DNA of 64,000 nucleotides from a bacterium (GCA_029945665.1 JAQSCZ010000094.1:9336-73335); one strand, 5' to 3'. Positions 47,479 to 57,991 are shown, numbered from the stretch's first letter. Translations and numbers: made by a program. Notes: a model not told the origin generated them from the sequence alone.

Positions 47479-49023
47479 ATGAACACAACAACAAAAAACA
47501 TTTTCAAACTAGCATTAGTGGCAGGAATTATCTTCTTTGCTGCTTCTCTGATTTCTAAATCGGTAGATATTCATCAATTAAACTTTGAGAATTATTCTGC
47601 TGCCACCATTGAGAAACCATTATTTGGTACAGATGAAATGGTTTATGAAGCTCCAAAAGAATTACCAGCCAACGATGCCATTGCGACGAAAGTTAAATGG
47701 TCCTTGTTGTTTTTTGTAATTGTTTTGATTTTGGTCATTGCTAATGCATTTGACATCAGTGAATTAACGTCAAAATTAACTGGCAAAAAAACCATCGATG
47801 CAAACAAAGTAAATAAATGGTTAATGTTAATTTTCTTAATAGTCGGCTTAGCTGCAGTTGCATGGGAATACTCAGAACATGGCAAACATGTCTTATTGGG
47901 AAATGCATCCAGTGAGCATGGTGCCATTTATGACAGTATGTTTAGTATCACATTGATATTAACTACCATCGTTTTTGTTATTACTCAAATACTATTATTC
48001 TATTTTTCATTCAGATATTCAAAAAAGGAAGGTCAAAAAGCATTGTATTATGCCCACAACAATCGTTTAGAAGTATTTTGGACTTTAATTCCAGCGATTG
48101 TTTTAACTTTATTGGTTTTAAGAGGTCACCAAACATGGCGATCAATTGTATATGCCGATGTTGATGGCACAAAGTCTACTAATATTGAAATATTTGCTTT
48201 CCAATTCGGTTGGAATGCGAGATATGCTGGGGATGATGGCATTTTGGGTGTGGCTGATTACAAATTCATTTCAGGTAAAAATAAATTAGGTTTAGCCAAT
48301 TCATCAGAAGTAGATTCTTTACTAGTTGAATTAAGAGCTGCTTTGGTTGCAGATAACAATGCGATACAAGCTTTACCACAAACCCTAGAACAATTGCAAA
48401 AAGATTGGCAAAGTGCAAAAGACATGCAAGATAATGAAGCGATGTCTTCAATTACCAAAGAAATTGACGAGATTAAAACAGGTGATCGCTTAGATGAGCT
48501 TGAAGCCTCTATTAATAGAAAGACGAAGCAAATTGAGCGAATTGAAGCCATTAAAAAAGACCCTAAGGTATTTGCAACATTCTTTACAAAAGCAGAAGAA
48601 GATGATGTTATTACCCAAGAAGTACACTTGGTTAAAGACAAATTAGTGACCTTCAAATTTAGATCAAGGGATATAATTCACAGTGCTTGGTTACCTCATT
48701 TCCGTGTTCAAATGAACGTGGTACCGGGTATGCCGACCAAATTCACTTTCATGCCAACTAAAACTACCAAAGAGGCGAAAGCAGAAAATGGAGAAGATTT
48801 TGATTATTATCTGTATTGCAATAAAATTTGTGGCACTTCACACTATAACATGAAAATGAAAGTAGTTATTGAATCACAAGAAGAAGTTGATGCTTGGTTG
48901 AAAACACAACAAATGGCTTTTAAGGCAATGCCCGCTTCGGCAGCTTCACCGGTTGTAGAAATTAAACCTGATTCAGTATCAAGCACAAAGGACACAATTG
49001 TAAAAAAATTAGCTTTAAAATAA
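47479..49023 (+). CDS. cytochrome c oxidase subunit II (CuA) with extra N-terminal TMs and an internal coiled-coil insertion
   Basis: Cupredoxin CuA ligands HSAWLPHF and C-NKI-C-GTS-H-YN-M. The gene lies directly upstream of coxI. Confidence 0.88.
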   Translation: MNTTTKNIFKLALVAGIIFFAASLISKSVDIHQLNFENYSAATIEKPLFGTDEMVYEAPKELPANDAIATKVKWSLLFFVIVLILVIANAFDISELTSKLTGKKTIDANKVNKWLMLIFLIVGLAAVAWEYSEHGKHVLLGNASSEHGAIYDSMFSITLILTTIVFVITQILLFYFSFRYSKKEGQKALYYAHNNRLEVFWTLIPAIVLTLLVLRGHQTWRSIVYADVDGTKSTNIEIFAFQFGWNARYAGDDGILGVADYKFISGKNKLGLANSSEVDSLLVELRAALVADNNAIQALPQTLEQLQKDWQSAKDMQDNEAMSSITKEIDEIKTGDRLDELEASINRKTKQIERIEAIKKDPKVFATFFTKAEEDDVITQEVHLVKDKLVTFKFRSRDIIHSAWLPHFRVQMNVVPGMPTKFTFMPTKTTKEAKAENGEDFDYYLYCNKICGTSHYNMKMKVVIESQEEVDAWLKTQQMAFKAMPASAASPVVEIKPDSVSSTKDTIVKKLALK

Positions 49024-49077
49024 TCAAAACCTTTCATTAATTGTTAAAATAATAACGAATAGTATATATCCATAAAA

Positions 49078-50985
49078 ATGAGTACAGAAACGTTAACCGC
49101 AACACACACACAACATGCTGAGCACGCTCACCATGAGCACCACGAGCCATCATTCATAAGGAAGTACGTTTTTAGTACCGACCATAAAATGATTTCTAAA
49201 CAATTCCTTATTACTGGTATCATTATGGGTTGTTTGGGTATGGTAATGTCATTATTATTCAGAATTCAGTTGGCTTGGCCTGATGAATCCTTTGGATTTT
49301 TAGAAACCTTGTTGGGCAGATGGGCCAAAGGCGGTAAGATTGATCCAAATTATTACATGGCGTTAGTTACCATTCATGGCACTATTATGGTGTTTTATGT
49401 TTTAACTGCTGGCCTTAGTGGCACATTTAGTAATTTATTAATTCCTCTACAAGTGGGTGCAAGAGACATGGCATCTCCATTTATGAATATGCTTTCATAT
49501 TGGTTTTTCTTCCTTTCTTCTTGCGTTTTATTATCTTCTTTTGGCGTTGAAACAGGTCCTGCCTCTTCAGGTTGGACAGTATACCCTCCATTAAGTGCAC
49601 TTCAAAAAGCAATGCCTGGTTCTGGTTTGGGTACTACCTTGTGGTTAGTGGCCATCATATTGTTTATTGTTTCAGCATTATTGGGTGGTATTAATTATAT
49701 CGTAACTGTTTTAAACATGCGTACTAAAGGTATGTCAATGAACAGATTACCTTTGACAATTTGGGCTTTTTTATTAACGGCTGTGTTAGGTTTATTGTCA
49801 TTCCCAGTATTACTAGGTGCTGGTTTATTCTTAATTTTTGATAGAAGCTTTGGAACAAGTTTTTATCTGAGTGATATTTATTTGAATGGTATTGGTGCCT
49901 TAACAAACAGTGGAGGTAGCCCAATTATGTACCAACACTTATTCTGGTTTCTAGGTCATCCTGAGGTATACATTATTTTGTTACCTGCGTTAGGAATTAC
50001 TTCAGAGGTTATTGCAACAAACGCACGTAAGCCAATCTTTGGTTACAGTGCAATGGTTATCTCTTTGTTAAGTATTGCTGTATTGTCATTTATTGTATGG
50101 GGTCACCACATGTTTATTACAGGTATGAATCCATTCCTTGGAACAGTCTTTATGTATGTAACGCTAATCATTGCGGTTCCTTCTGCTGTTAAAACATTCA
50201 ATTACTTGGCAACCCTATGGAAAGGTAATATCAGGTTTACGCCAGCCATGTTATTTGCAATTGGCTTAGTTTCCTTCTTTATTTCAGGTGGATTAACTGG
50301 TATCTATTTAGGTAATGCCGCCCTAGATGTTCAATTACACGATAGTTATTTTGTTGTTGCTCACTTCCACTTGGTAATGGGTAGCGCAGCTATATTTGGG
50401 ATGTTCAGTGGTATTTATCATTGGTTTCCTAAAATGTTTGGTAGAATGATGAATAGCACACTAGGCAGCATGCACTTTTGGTTAACATTTGCATCCGCTT
50501 ACATGGTTTTCTTCCCAATGCACTTTATGGGATTAGCTGGTGTTCCTCGTAGATACTACCAATTTTCCTTAATACCAGAATTTGGTATTTGGATGAACGT
50601 GAATATTTTTATTACAGTAGCTGCTTTTCTTGGTGGTGCTGCGCAAATATTATTTTTATATAATTTCTTTAGAAGTATATTCAAAGGTAAGCCTGCAGTG
50701 CAAAACCCTTGGGAATCAAATACAATCGAATGGAGTACGCCTGTTAAGCACTTACACGGTAACTGGCCAGGTGAAATCCCTACTGTTTACAGAGGCCCTC
50801 ATGAGTATAGTCGTCCAGATAGAGAATTGGATTATTTCCCTCAAAATGAAATAGGCAATGGCGAACCAATTCATTATGAAGGTCCAGCTGAGGTTCAAAA
50901 AACATACGTAACAGATAGTAAAGATAGCGCTTCCAAAGTATTCTTCTCCTCTTTCGCGTATTTATTTTTGTTGAAAAAAGCATAA
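49078..50985 (+). CDS. ctaD: cytochrome c oxidase subunit I
   Basis: WFLGHPEVYIILLPALG, WGHHMFITG and HDSYFVVAHFH heme-copper motifs. Confidence 0.97.
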   Translation: MSTETLTATHTQHAEHAHHEHHEPSFIRKYVFSTDHKMISKQFLITGIIMGCLGMVMSLLFRIQLAWPDESFGFLETLLGRWAKGGKIDPNYYMALVTIHGTIMVFYVLTAGLSGTFSNLLIPLQVGARDMASPFMNMLSYWFFFLSSCVLLSSFGVETGPASSGWTVYPPLSALQKAMPGSGLGTTLWLVAIILFIVSALLGGINYIVTVLNMRTKGMSMNRLPLTIWAFLLTAVLGLLSFPVLLGAGLFLIFDRSFGTSFYLSDIYLNGIGALTNSGGSPIMYQHLFWFLGHPEVYIILLPALGITSEVIATNARKPIFGYSAMVISLLSIAVLSFIVWGHHMFITGMNPFLGTVFMYVTLIIAVPSAVKTFNYLATLWKGNIRFTPAMLFAIGLVSFFISGGLTGIYLGNAALDVQLHDSYFVVAHFHLVMGSAAIFGMFSGIYHWFPKMFGRMMNSTLGSMHFWLTFASAYMVFFPMHFMGLAGVPRRYYQFSLIPEFGIWMNVNIFITVAAFLGGAAQILFLYNFFRSIFKGKPAVQNPWESNTIEWSTPVKHLHGNWPGEIPTVYRGPHEYSRPDRELDYFPQNEIGNGEPIHYEGPAEVQKTYVTDSKDSASKVFFSSFAYLFLLKKA

Positions 50986-51035
50986 ATTTAGTAACGATTC
51001 TGAATTCATTTTCAGAGTAATAAACTAAAATTAAA

Positions 51036-52082
51036 ATGAACTTTAAAACATTAAACCGAAGATTTGGCATACTAACCATTTCTTCGGTTTTTTTATTATT
51101 AATAGCTGGTGGTGTTGTTCGAAGCACCGGTAGTGGCATGGGGTGCCCAGATTGGCCAAAATGTTTTGATGGTTATACACCCCCGACTAATATAAATCAG
51201 CTACCCACCAATTACCGCGATGTATATGTAGAAAAGCGCGTTAAAAAAACAATCAAGTTTGCGAAATTAATGCACAAACTAGGCTTTGAAAAAGAGGCGG
51301 ATCAACTCCTAAACGACCCTGTATTATATCTACCTGAGGATTTTAATACGAAAAAAGCATGGACAGAATATATTAACCGAATTATCGGTGTGCTTTCAGG
51401 CTTGTTTTCACTTGGCTTTTTCATAACCCTGTTCAAAACCAGATTCTATAGTCATAAAACAAAATTCTGGACTGGTATAGGTGGCTTTGTTTTAATGTTG
51501 TTCAACGGTTGGCTTGGCAGTATCGTCGTGGCTACCAATCTATTTCCAATCATAGTTACCATACACTATCTTTTGGCTTATGCGGCGCTTACACTATTAA
51601 TGATAAGTGTTCTTGAGGCGAGGGGAAATGAATCAACCCAAATTTTATTAAAATATAAGTGGTTTTATCTGTTTCTAATTCTTTTTAGTCTTGTTCAAAT
51701 AAGTTACGGAACTCAGCTAAGACAGCTAAGTGATTTCAGTTTAAAAAACGGCAGTTTATATACCAATGGCCAAGTCAATTTACAAACGCTAGGATCGGTA
51801 TTTATTTGGCATCGAATTTTTGCTATCGCATTAATTCTATTCAGCATTTTTCCTATCATTCAATTGAGGAAATTGAAAGATAAAAAATGGCGCAATATTG
51901 CGCTTGCAATTCCTGTAACCTTTATTATTCAATACATTAGTGGTATACTCAATTTAAGATACAATTTCCCATTCGTTCCACAGGTATCACATATATTTTT
52001 TGCAGGTGTAGTTTTTGGACTTTCGTTGTATATTTGCATCTCTAATTTTTCATCCCAAAACAATGCTTCAAACCTTGGATAA
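51036..52082 (+). CDS. ctaA: heme A synthase (COX15/CtaA family)
   Basis: GGVVRSTGSGMGCPDWPKCF N-terminal motif; multi-TM. Confidence 0.85.
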   Translation: MNFKTLNRRFGILTISSVFLLLIAGGVVRSTGSGMGCPDWPKCFDGYTPPTNINQLPTNYRDVYVEKRVKKTIKFAKLMHKLGFEKEADQLLNDPVLYLPEDFNTKKAWTEYINRIIGVLSGLFSLGFFITLFKTRFYSHKTKFWTGIGGFVLMLFNGWLGSIVVATNLFPIIVTIHYLLAYAALTLLMISVLEARGNESTQILLKYKWFYLFLILFSLVQISYGTQLRQLSDFSLKNGSLYTNGQVNLQTLGSVFIWHRIFAIALILFSIFPIIQLRKLKDKKWRNIALAIPVTFIIQYISGILNLRYNFPFVPQVSHIFFAGVVFGLSLYICISNFSSQNNASNLG

Positions 52083-52977
52083 TCAAACGGATCATATTGT
52101 GAAACCAGAACCATTAAGCAAGGCTTATTTTAAAGATTATCTACAACTTAGTAAATTTAGACTAAGTACAACGGTTGTAGGTACGACCCTTATTGCTTAT
52201 TTCCTCGGTATTTATAAGGTAGGAATCAGTATCGATTGGTTGACTATATTTGGCCTCACATTTGGCGGCATGTTTGTTACTGCTTCGGCCAATGGGTTCA
52301 ACCAAGTATACGAAAAGGATGAAGATAAGCTAATGACTAGAACACAAGATAGACCTGTCGCTAATGGCAGAATGTCTGTGAATGATGCCATGGTTTTCAG
52401 TTCAGTTTTAGGCGTTTTAGGCTTACTAATGCTCGCTTATTACACAAATTCTGCCTGTGCTTTGCTTGGTTTAATTTCTATATTTACCTATACCTTATGC
52501 TATACACCAATGAAAAAAAATACACCTTTAGCTGTATTTGTTGGAGCCATACCAGGCGCCTTGCCTCCTGCTATTGGATGGGTAGCTGTAACAGGAAATT
52601 TCGATATGATTGCTTGGCTCTTATTTGTAATTCAATTTTTTTGGCAATTTCCACATTTCTGGGCCATTGCCTGGATATTAGAAGATGATTATCGAAAAGC
52701 TGGCTATACATTGTTGCCAAATTATGCAGGTCGAACCAAACGAAATGCCTTACAAACTGTTTGGTATTCAATGATACTTATAATTGTCAGTATTTATCCA
52801 ATCGTAATCGATTTTACAAGTCTATATTCACTTATAGTTATTATACCAATAGGTGCTTACTTACTGTTTAGAGCCTTTATGTTTTATCATAAAACAACTG
52901 TAGAAAGTGCGCGCTCCCTTATGTTTGCCACTTTAATATATATGCCTTCAATTTTATTAAGTTATTTATTCAATTAA
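52063..52977 (+). CDS. cyoE: protoheme IX farnesyltransferase (heme O synthase)
   Basis: UbiA-type prenyltransferase motif NQVYEKDEDKLMTRTQDRP. I moved the start to ATG 52063. Confidence 0.9.
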   Translation: MLQTLDNQTDHIVKPEPLSKAYFKDYLQLSKFRLSTTVVGTTLIAYFLGIYKVGISIDWLTIFGLTFGGMFVTASANGFNQVYEKDEDKLMTRTQDRPVANGRMSVNDAMVFSSVLGVLGLLMLAYYTNSACALLGLISIFTYTLCYTPMKKNTPLAVFVGAIPGALPPAIGWVAVTGNFDMIAWLLFVIQFFWQFPHFWAIAWILEDDYRKAGYTLLPNYAGRTKRNALQTVWYSMILIIVSIYPIVIDFTSLYSLIVIIPIGAYLLFRAFMFYHKTTVESARSLMFATLIYMPSILLSYLFN

Positions 52978-52981
52978 AATT

Positions 52982-53572
52982 ATGTCTACCTCATCTGTCA
53001 ATAACACTCCAAAAGAGTTCAGCCCCAAAACCTTTGTCATCTGGCTTTTTATGGTTGCCAGTACAATGCTATTCCTTGCCTTTTGCAGTGCATACTTTGT
53101 GCACCAAGGTGATGGATTGCTCAATAATGCATGGCTAAAATTTGATTTGCCTTTTGAATTTTGGATTAGTGCAATTATAGTTATCGTTTCTAGCTTTTTT
53201 ATGCAAATGGCTTATAGAGCTGCTCAAAGAGATGATATTTATAAAATACCATCGTTGTTAACTATCACACTTATTTGCGGAATTGCTTTTTGTATCTCCC
53301 AATTTTACGGTTGGATAAACCTAATGGACCGGGGATTATTCCTCTCCAATAAGGAACCAGCAGAAATTTCGGCGTCTTTTGTGTATGTAATTAGTGCCGC
53401 ACACTTTGCACATATAATTGGCGGATTAGTATTATTAACCGTTGGTATTGTTAGAGCTTCGAGATTACAAATACATAAAAAAAACATGGTGTTTATAAAT
53501 ATTTGCAAAACATATTGGCATTTTTTAGGAATACTATGGATTTTGTTGTTATTATTTCTTTATTTCGCATAA
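52982..53572 (+). CDS. cytochrome c oxidase subunit III family protein (first of two)
   Basis: 5-TM protein with HFAHIIGG and YWHFLGILW blocks. Confidence 0.78.
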   Translation: MSTSSVNNTPKEFSPKTFVIWLFMVASTMLFLAFCSAYFVHQGDGLLNNAWLKFDLPFEFWISAIIVIVSSFFMQMAYRAAQRDDIYKIPSLLTITLICGIAFCISQFYGWINLMDRGLFLSNKEPAEISASFVYVISAAHFAHIIGGLVLLTVGIVRASRLQIHKKNMVFINICKTYWHFLGILWILLLLFLYFA

Positions 53573-53593
53573 TATTTAACAGCTAAAACAGTA

Positions 53594-54346
53594 ATGTCTA
53601 ATTCAGCAACAATATCACCAAAATTATGGGCCGGTGGCCGTTCTCCCTTTAATGTAAGTTATGGTAAACTGATGATGTGGGTTTTCCTATTATCGGATGC
53701 ATTCACATTTTCATCCTTATTAGTAGGTTACGGAGCAATTCGCTTTAGCTACTCAGGTTCTTCTACCCCTTGGCCTGATCCATCTGCAATTTTTAATCAC
53801 TTTCCTGGTTTTCACGGTTTTTATTTACCCCTATTATTTGTAAGTTTGATGACTTTCATTTTGATTGGCTCTTCTGTTACTATGGTTTTAGCCGTTGAGG
53901 CAGGGCACAGAAAATCAAAAGCAGAAGTTTCAAAATACATGATCTTAACCATAATTGGAGGTGCTGCATTCTTAGGTTGTCAAGCTTGGGAGTGGTCGCA
54001 ATTTATTCACGAAGGTGGAAGATTGGACACAAACAATTTTGGTATCACTGCTCAAGGTTATACGCATTTGCATGAAGCTGGTAAATTTGGTAATCACTTC
54101 GAATGGATGGCAGGTGACCGCCAACCTGGTCCTGTGCCATTTGCTTCTTTATTCTTTATTGTAACTGGATTTCACGGGTTCCACGTTTTAAGCGGTGTTA
54201 TTATCAATATCATCATTTGGTTGAATGTTATTCGTGGCACATACGAGCGCAGAGGTCATTACGAAATGGTTGAAAAGGTAGGACTATACTGGCACTTTGT
54301 TGATTTAGTATGGGTCTTTGTTTTCACATTCTATTATCTAATCTAA
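53594..54346 (+). CDS. cytochrome c oxidase subunit III
   Basis: GFHGFHVLSGVI and LYWHFVDLVWVFVF signatures. Confidence 0.9.
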   Translation: MSNSATISPKLWAGGRSPFNVSYGKLMMWVFLLSDAFTFSSLLVGYGAIRFSYSGSSTPWPDPSAIFNHFPGFHGFYLPLLFVSLMTFILIGSSVTMVLAVEAGHRKSKAEVSKYMILTIIGGAAFLGCQAWEWSQFIHEGGRLDTNNFGITAQGYTHLHEAGKFGNHFEWMAGDRQPGPVPFASLFFIVTGFHGFHVLSGVIINIIIWLNVIRGTYERRGHYEMVEKVGLYWHFVDLVWVFVFTFYYLI

Positions 54347-54371
54347 TTTTAATTATAAACACATTCACATC

Positions 54372-54719
54372 ATGAGTAACGAACATCATCACGCGGCAGA
54401 AGGCGAATATATACCTGAAACCTATATTCCACATCCTGAAACACATGGCACTAAAACCTTGTGGAAAGTATTTTTCATTCTCTTATTTATTACCATTATC
54501 GACTTTGCTATTTATTTTATAGCTCCTGCAGGATTAGGTAGAAATATAGTTTTTGTAGCTTTAGGACTCGTAAAGGCTGTATTAATAGTAGGTATATTTA
54601 TGCACCTTAATTACGAAGCAAAATTCCTTAGATGGATGATAGCATTGCCAGCAGCTGTATTTATCTCTTACCTTGCTTGGTTACTCCTATTGGAAGGCAG
54701 TTTTGTTAGTACCTATTAA
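54372..54719 (+). CDS. cytochrome c oxidase subunit IV family protein
   Basis: 115 aa with 3 TMs; its position after coxIII; the FMHL motif region. Confidence 0.7.
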   Translation: MSNEHHHAAEGEYIPETYIPHPETHGTKTLWKVFFILLFITIIDFAIYFIAPAGLGRNIVFVALGLVKAVLIVGIFMHLNYEAKFLRWMIALPAAVFISYLAWLLLLEGSFVSTY

Positions 54720-54722
54720 GAA

Positions 54723-55412
54723 ATGAATCAAGAAATTAAGAAACGCCCTAACTTTAAAGTTCTGGGCGTTTTGTTTTTAATAATAGGATTGCCCATTTTA
54801 TGGATTATCCTTAATAAAACCGGTGAACATTATACACGTCCACTTCCATTTTTAGGTGAAAAAGAGTTAGCTCCAAATGGCGATACCATTTACCACACCA
54901 TAGATAATTTTAGATTAGTAAATCAAAATGGAGATTCTGTTACCCTTGCAACCTACCAAAACAAGATAATTTTAGCCAGCTTCTTTTTCGCTAGCTGTGA
55001 AACTGTTTGTCCTAAAATGAACGAATTTATCAGTCAACATATTTATAGAGAATTTGCAAAAGATACTTCTATTCAATTTCTTAGTTTTACAGTTGATCCA
55101 GAGCATGATAGTGCAACAGTGTTGCTTAAGTATGCAGATCAATACTTGGCAAAATTCCCGAATTGGCAATTTTTAACTGGCAATAGAAAACGAATTTATG
55201 ACTTAGCTGCCACCAGCTTTTTAATTCCAGGGGCACAAGGTGAGCATCAAGGTATGTTCCATAGCAGCCAGATTGTTTTGGTAGATAAAAATTTAAGAAT
55301 TAGAGGTGCCTTTGAAACTGGCGGTCAATTAGATAAAAGTGCCATCATAGATGCAGTTAGAAATCTTAAATTAGAATATAAGCCCAATGCAAAACATAAA
55401 GAAAAACGATAA
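54723..55412 (+). CDS. SCO-family copper chaperone/thiol-disulfide protein
   Basis: N-terminal TM, CxxxC copper site FFFASCETVCPKM and a downstream His (MFHSSQIVLVD). Confidence 0.9.
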   Translation: MNQEIKKRPNFKVLGVLFLIIGLPILWIILNKTGEHYTRPLPFLGEKELAPNGDTIYHTIDNFRLVNQNGDSVTLATYQNKIILASFFFASCETVCPKMNEFISQHIYREFAKDTSIQFLSFTVDPEHDSATVLLKYADQYLAKFPNWQFLTGNRKRIYDLAATSFLIPGAQGEHQGMFHSSQIVLVDKNLRIRGAFETGGQLDKSAIIDAVRNLKLEYKPNAKHKEKR

Positions 55413-55920
55413 ACTCGCCAATATCATAATACTCACCTTATCAGCCGTTGTTTTTGCATTGGTTGTATTAATGAGAAAAGTGAAAATAGATTTAGGCTTC
55501 GACTTCGACACCCATATCTTCCCACAATTGAGTGCCTTCTTAAATTCTATTGTTGCCGTTTTATTAATTGCAGGACTTATTGCAGTTAAACAAAGGAAAT
55601 TAGAATTACACAAAAAATTAATGCTGAGCGCTTTGGTTTGTTCCATTTTATTCCTTGTTACTTATGTACTTTATCATTTTACCACTGTTGAAACCAAATA
55701 CGGCGGAGAAGGGTTAGCTAAAGGCATATACTACTTCATACTCTTAACCCACATTAGTTTGGCTGGCATTATACTTCCGTTTATACTTTTTGCAGTCTAT
55801 AGAGGCCTAACAGGCGAATATAGCAGGCACAAGAAACTAACTAGATATGTGTGGCCTATTTGGTTCTACGTTTCTGTTACAGGCGTGGTGGTTTACTTTA
55901 TGATTTCTCCATTTTATTAA
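55387..55920 (+). CDS. DUF420 (CtaM-like) membrane protein
   Basis: 4-TM protein of 177 aa in the oxidase cluster. I assign it to the family by pattern and context only. Confidence 0.7.
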   Translation: MQNIKKNDKLANIIILTLSAVVFALVVLMRKVKIDLGFDFDTHIFPQLSAFLNSIVAVLLIAGLIAVKQRKLELHKKLMLSALVCSILFLVTYVLYHFTTVETKYGGEGLAKGIYYFILLTHISLAGIILPFILFAVYRGLTGEYSRHKKLTRYVWPIWFYVSVTGVVVYFMISPFY

Positions 55921-55975
55921 TCATGATTTTAGTCAATGCTGTATAAAACAATTAACTAAGCATTATCTTTGTACC

Positions 55976-56215
55976 ATGGTTAAAAAAATAGTCTTTTTCG
56001 TAATTTCAATTACTTGCTTTTTATCCGAATTATCGGCACAATGCCCAATGTGCAAAGCCAGTGTTGAAAGCAATCAAAGCATGGGTGGCAAAAGTGTCGG
56101 TATGGGACTAAATACAGGCATCTTATTGTTACTTTCTTCGGTTTATATTATCGTGTTTACTGTAGGTATACTTTGGTATAGAAACTACAAACGCTCATTA
56201 CCAACTAATGCCTAA
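55976..56215 (+). CDS. small secreted/membrane protein with CPMC motif
   Basis: Signal peptide ending SAQ, immediately followed by CPMCK, then one C-terminal TM; 79 aa. Confidence 0.45.
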   Translation: MVKKIVFFVISITCFLSELSAQCPMCKASVESNQSMGGKSVGMGLNTGILLLLSSVYIIVFTVGILWYRNYKRSLPTNA

Positions 56216-56588
56216 AACACCTTCTTTATTTGGCAGCATGCTTGGGTGTAAATGTCCTCGCTGCAGAACCGGTAATATGTTTAAATATCCAACCTACGAT
56301 ATTTTTCATTTTAGTCAGGCAAACGACCATTGTCCGCATTGCAATCTTAAATATGAACATGAAACAGGTTTCTTTTGGGGTGCCATGTATATTAGCTATA
56401 GCTTTAGTTCAGGCTTAATGATTGTATTTGGAATTATCGCCATTAACAATGATTGGACGTTTACCAATATCTTAATCACAATTATCAGTATGGCATTGTT
56501 ATTCACACCTTTTTTCTTTCGATATGCAAGAGTGATAATGATGTATAATATTTCGCCTAATCGGAGATTCGATCCAAAGTATCTGTAA
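56208..56588 (+). CDS. DUF983-like zinc-ribbon membrane protein
   Basis: CPRCRTG...CPHC four-Cys ribbon followed by two TMs. Confidence 0.65.
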   Translation: MPKTPSLFGSMLGCKCPRCRTGNMFKYPTYDIFHFSQANDHCPHCNLKYEHETGFFWGAMYISYSFSSGLMIVFGIIAINNDWTFTNILITIISMALLFTPFFFRYARVIMMYNISPNRRFDPKYL

Positions 56589-56615
56589 GATTTTTAATTT
56601 TAATAAAAAGCCTAA

Positions 56616-57881
56616 TTAGGTTTTTAATTTTTTCTTCTTGGCACTAGGGAATAAGATGTTATTCAATATTAATCTATAACCCGGACTGTTAGGAAACAAC
56701 GCCAAATTGGTTGGTGGCTCTCCTACCATGTGTTGGTAATCTTCTGGATCATGACCACCATAAAACGTCCAAGTGCCCTTACCCATATTGCCATGGATAT
56801 ACCGCGCTTCATCGGCTGATTTATTCTCGCCTAATATAAGCACTTCACTCTTAATAAATTCTTTTCTAAACGCCGTGGTTTGGCCCATGAAGCCTTTGAT
56901 AGTTTGGGTATGGTTCTGGCAAAGCATCGTTGGCACAATATCCCATTTTGCACTATAGTCGAACAACGTAAAGTAATCGTCTCTTTCTTCAACCATGCGT
57001 TGCTGGGTATTATCAATGCTAGCGTGTTCATAGGCATAGGGACTGCGTTCCAAAAGAAAATCACGGAAGGCAAAGCAATTATCATAGTTCAGCTTATTTT
57101 GGGCATCGGGATCTGCACCATCGCCATCGAACATTGCCTCGCATATATCGACACCATCGGCAGCTAAAGCTATATCGTAAGTATCTGTAGCGCTGCACAT
57201 GGCGAATAAATAACCACCGCCAATACAAAAATCTCTTATTTTTTTAGCCACCGCTAGTTTCATTTGAGAAACTTTAGCGAAACCGTTGCGCGCAGCACAG
57301 GCTTCATTCTCCTTCACATCTTCCATGTACCAAGGTGTACTTCTATAGCTGTACCAAAACTTCCCGTACTGCCCAGTGAAATCCTCATGGTGTAAATGCA
57401 ACCAATCGTATTGGGCTAATTTATCAGTTAGCACATCATCGTCAAAAACCTTCTCATAAGGTATTTCGGCATATTCTAAAACCATGGTTACAGCATCATC
57501 CCAAGGTTGTTTATTTTTAGGTGTATAAACAGCAATCTTTGGCGCTTTTAGTAGTTTTACGCTCTCCATATTCACTTCTGGATTGCTTATTTCGGCCATT
57601 ATAGAATTCGCTTTAGCTTCCGTCACCACATCGTAACTAACGCCTCTTATCTTACATTCATTTTCATAAGCTACTTCGAAAGGAAACATAAAACTACCTC
57701 CATCGTAATTCAGTAGCCAATCTACCTCGCCGCCTTTTTGTAAAATCCAAAAAGCGATACCATAGGATTTTAAATGGTCTTTTTGATTCTCATCCATGCC
57801 AATTAAAATATGCAAGGCGCTTGCCCGATAACTACTGAAAGTTATGAGCAATAAAAAAAGGACTTTAAATTTAGACTTCAT
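56616..57881 (-). CDS. conserved secreted hypothetical protein (421 aa)
   Basis: Signal peptide MKSKFKVLFLLLITFSSYRASA. The LIGMDENQKDHLKSYGIAFWIL...WLLNYDGGSF family pattern is one I recall being loosely annotated as asparagine synthetase B-like. Confidence 0.55.
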   Translation of the reverse strand: MKSKFKVLFLLLITFSSYRASALHILIGMDENQKDHLKSYGIAFWILQKGGEVDWLLNYDGGSFMFPFEVAYENECKIRGVSYDVVTEAKANSIMAEISNPEVNMESVKLLKAPKIAVYTPKNKQPWDDAVTMVLEYAEIPYEKVFDDDVLTDKLAQYDWLHLHHEDFTGQYGKFWYSYRSTPWYMEDVKENEACAARNGFAKVSQMKLAVAKKIRDFCIGGGYLFAMCSATDTYDIALAADGVDICEAMFDGDGADPDAQNKLNYDNCFAFRDFLLERSPYAYEHASIDNTQQRMVEERDDYFTLFDYSAKWDIVPTMLCQNHTQTIKGFMGQTTAFRKEFIKSEVLILGENKSADEARYIHGNMGKGTWTFYGGHDPEDYQHMVGEPPTNLALFPNSPGYRLILNNILFPSAKKKKLKT

Positions 57882-57939
57882 TATTTAATACAATACAAAC
57901 CCAATGCCGTAAAGGCTATACCAACAAAGTTAGTAAATA
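57876..57939. repeat. 64-bp near-identical copy (61/64) of the crcB 3' end (partner at 59601-59664)
   Basis: Direct alignment by eye gives 26 identical nt, then 3 mismatches in the next 38. Weaker similarity continues for about 35 nt further (to roughly 57973 and 59700). The left copy encodes the remnant FTNFVGIAFTALGLYCIK*. Confidence 0.85.
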
Positions 57940-57991
57940 AAAAAGTATAACGCAATATAGTTTGTATTATTTTATTGCACTCTTCGACAAA

